A stretch of 64,000 bases of DNA from Barthelona sp. PCE (taxonomy: Eukaryota). The stretch lies in contig JAUFOR010000003.1 of NCBI GenBank assembly GCA_040285745.1, positions 1,364,001-1,428,000 of the forward strand. The letters run 5' to 3'. The translations under genes and the position numbers were made by a program. Below the pieces are notes generated by a model that saw nothing but the letters and a program-made list of their open reading frames with translations, was not told the origin of the DNA and did no database searches. The first letter of the stretch is position 1, and each line of letters begins with the position of its first letter. This document shows, one piece after another, positions 62,741-64,000 of this stretch.

Positions 62741-63790
62741 ATGAATGATATTAATCAAGCTATCGAACAGCTTAGACAAGGGAAATTCCTCAGGGAAGTT
62801 CAGATGAAGAGCATCATAACAAGAGTATGTAGTGTAGTTTTTCCATCATTTAACATAGCAACTGAGCATATATGTTCAACTAAACGTCATTTTAAGCACG
62901 GACTGTATTGCACGTTGAATATAAGGATTTTTCTATCTTATTCATTATTCTCTAACACTTAGTGTATTGAACTGTTCTCAAAAGAACCCAATATTGTCAT
63001 GCTGAAGCCGCCTGTCACAATTGTAGGCGATATTCACGGACAGTTACATGATCTTATTGAAATTTTCCGCATTGCAGGAGATCTACCTTACACAAGCTAC
63101 CTTTTTCTGGGTGATTTCGTTGATAGGGGCTACTACAGCGTTGAATGTGCTAGTTTATTGTTTGCTTTAAAAGTTAAGTATCCCAACCGTATCACACTAT
63201 TAAGAGGTAATCACGAGTCAAGACAAACAACACAGCTGTATGGATTCCACGAGGAGTGTGTCCGAAAGTACGGTAATTCCAATGTATGGCGATCATTCAT
63301 CCAGGCATTTGATTGTCTGCCAATCAGCGCTACAGTAGACTCAATATTTGCCCTCCATGGTGGTTTGAGCCCAGTAATCGATACACTTGATCAAATCAAG
63401 AACTTGGAGAGGAAGCAAGAAGTGCCACATGATGGAGCTCTTTGTGATCTTCTTTGGAGTGATCCTGATCCACGCCAGGGTTTCTTCCTCTCTCCCAGAG
63501 GCGCAGGATTCATGTGGGGTTCAGGATGTAGCGATGGTTTCCTCCATAGGAATGGACTCTCTCTTATTGCACGTGCTCACCAGGTTACAATGGACGGATA
63601 TCAATATATGCACAACAATAAGGTCGTCACCATCTTCTCTGCACCGAATTATTGTTACAAGGTTGATAATTTAGCTGCTCTTATGGAGGTTGACAACCAT
63701 TGCGATCATTCTTTCCAAGTTTTCGAACCTGCTCCTCGTAGAGGACAACCACACGTAACACGCTCATCACCTGAATACTTTGTCAGCTAA
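62741..63790 (+). CDS. PP2A-family Ser/Thr phosphatase catalytic subunit, 303 aa, join(62741..62824,62963..63790)
   Basis: GDIHG, GDFVDRG, RGNHE, SAPNYCY; tail [12 protein letters not shown] resembles PP2A; the two adjacent ORFs join through an intron. Confidence 0.92.
62825..62962 (+). other. Spliceosomal intron, 138 nt, phase 0 (phosphatase)
   Basis: GTATGT...TCTAACACTTAG; removal gives ...[25 protein letters not shown]. Confidence 0.92.
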
Positions 63791-64000
63791 CTGATTAATA
63801 AAATACTTTATCCAATAATATTTGAGACAGCACCCCCAAAACTTACTGATGAACATACTATCTTTCAGTAAGCTGATACTGTTTCCCACATCACGTATAT
63901 GTTGTCCCGTTTGGCCGCTTCAGCATACTACAACACCCAATTTAGTAAAAATGTTACATATGTTAAGATATGATCGAAATCCACTTTTTTAATCTGAAGT

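Noticed and set aside
63920-63940. TGTAGTAT on the minus strand resembling the U2 branch-recognition sequence, and a TGC-TGA (Cys-Sec) reading
   Set aside because: Flanking U2 features are absent, and the frame has an upstream stop and no start codon.
1-64000. Alternative genetic code (TAA/TAG as Gln)
   Set aside because: TAA, TAG and TGA end genes at homologous C-termini (Sec61-beta, IST1, ArgRS, pecanex), and long ORFs are open under the standard code.

Overview
Gene-dense, AT-rich, intron-poor eukaryotic chromosome segment from a flagellated protist. The gene set and intron signals suggest a metamonad-like lineage, which is inference only. It uses the standard genetic code. There are about 27 protein genes, including SARAF, WDR74/NSA1, MND1, SNF1/AMPK, VAMP7, pecanex, SMPD4, NPHP4, IST1, HYDIN, ATG9, NF-YA-like, ArgRS, CHMP1, a kinesin-PH fusion and a PP2A-like phosphatase. 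All gene names come from motif recognition, not database searches. Reading the DNA directly revealed five spliceosomal introns and a spliced Sec61-beta gene absent from the ORF track. All five introns share one architecture: a GTAT(G/T)(T/A) donor and a CT(A/C)AC branch point exactly 6 nt before the intron end. The four longer introns carry internal stem-loops that would fold them toward the 41-nt length of the shortest. Other points of interest are an archaeal-type ArgRS carrying an intron, a catalytically degenerate lipoamide-dehydrogenase-family protein, HYDIN apparently lacking its N-terminus, a PP2A-like enzyme without the C-terminal Leu, and several structured intergenic segments that are candidate ncRNAs. 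I saw no tRNA, rRNA, CRISPR array or mobile element.
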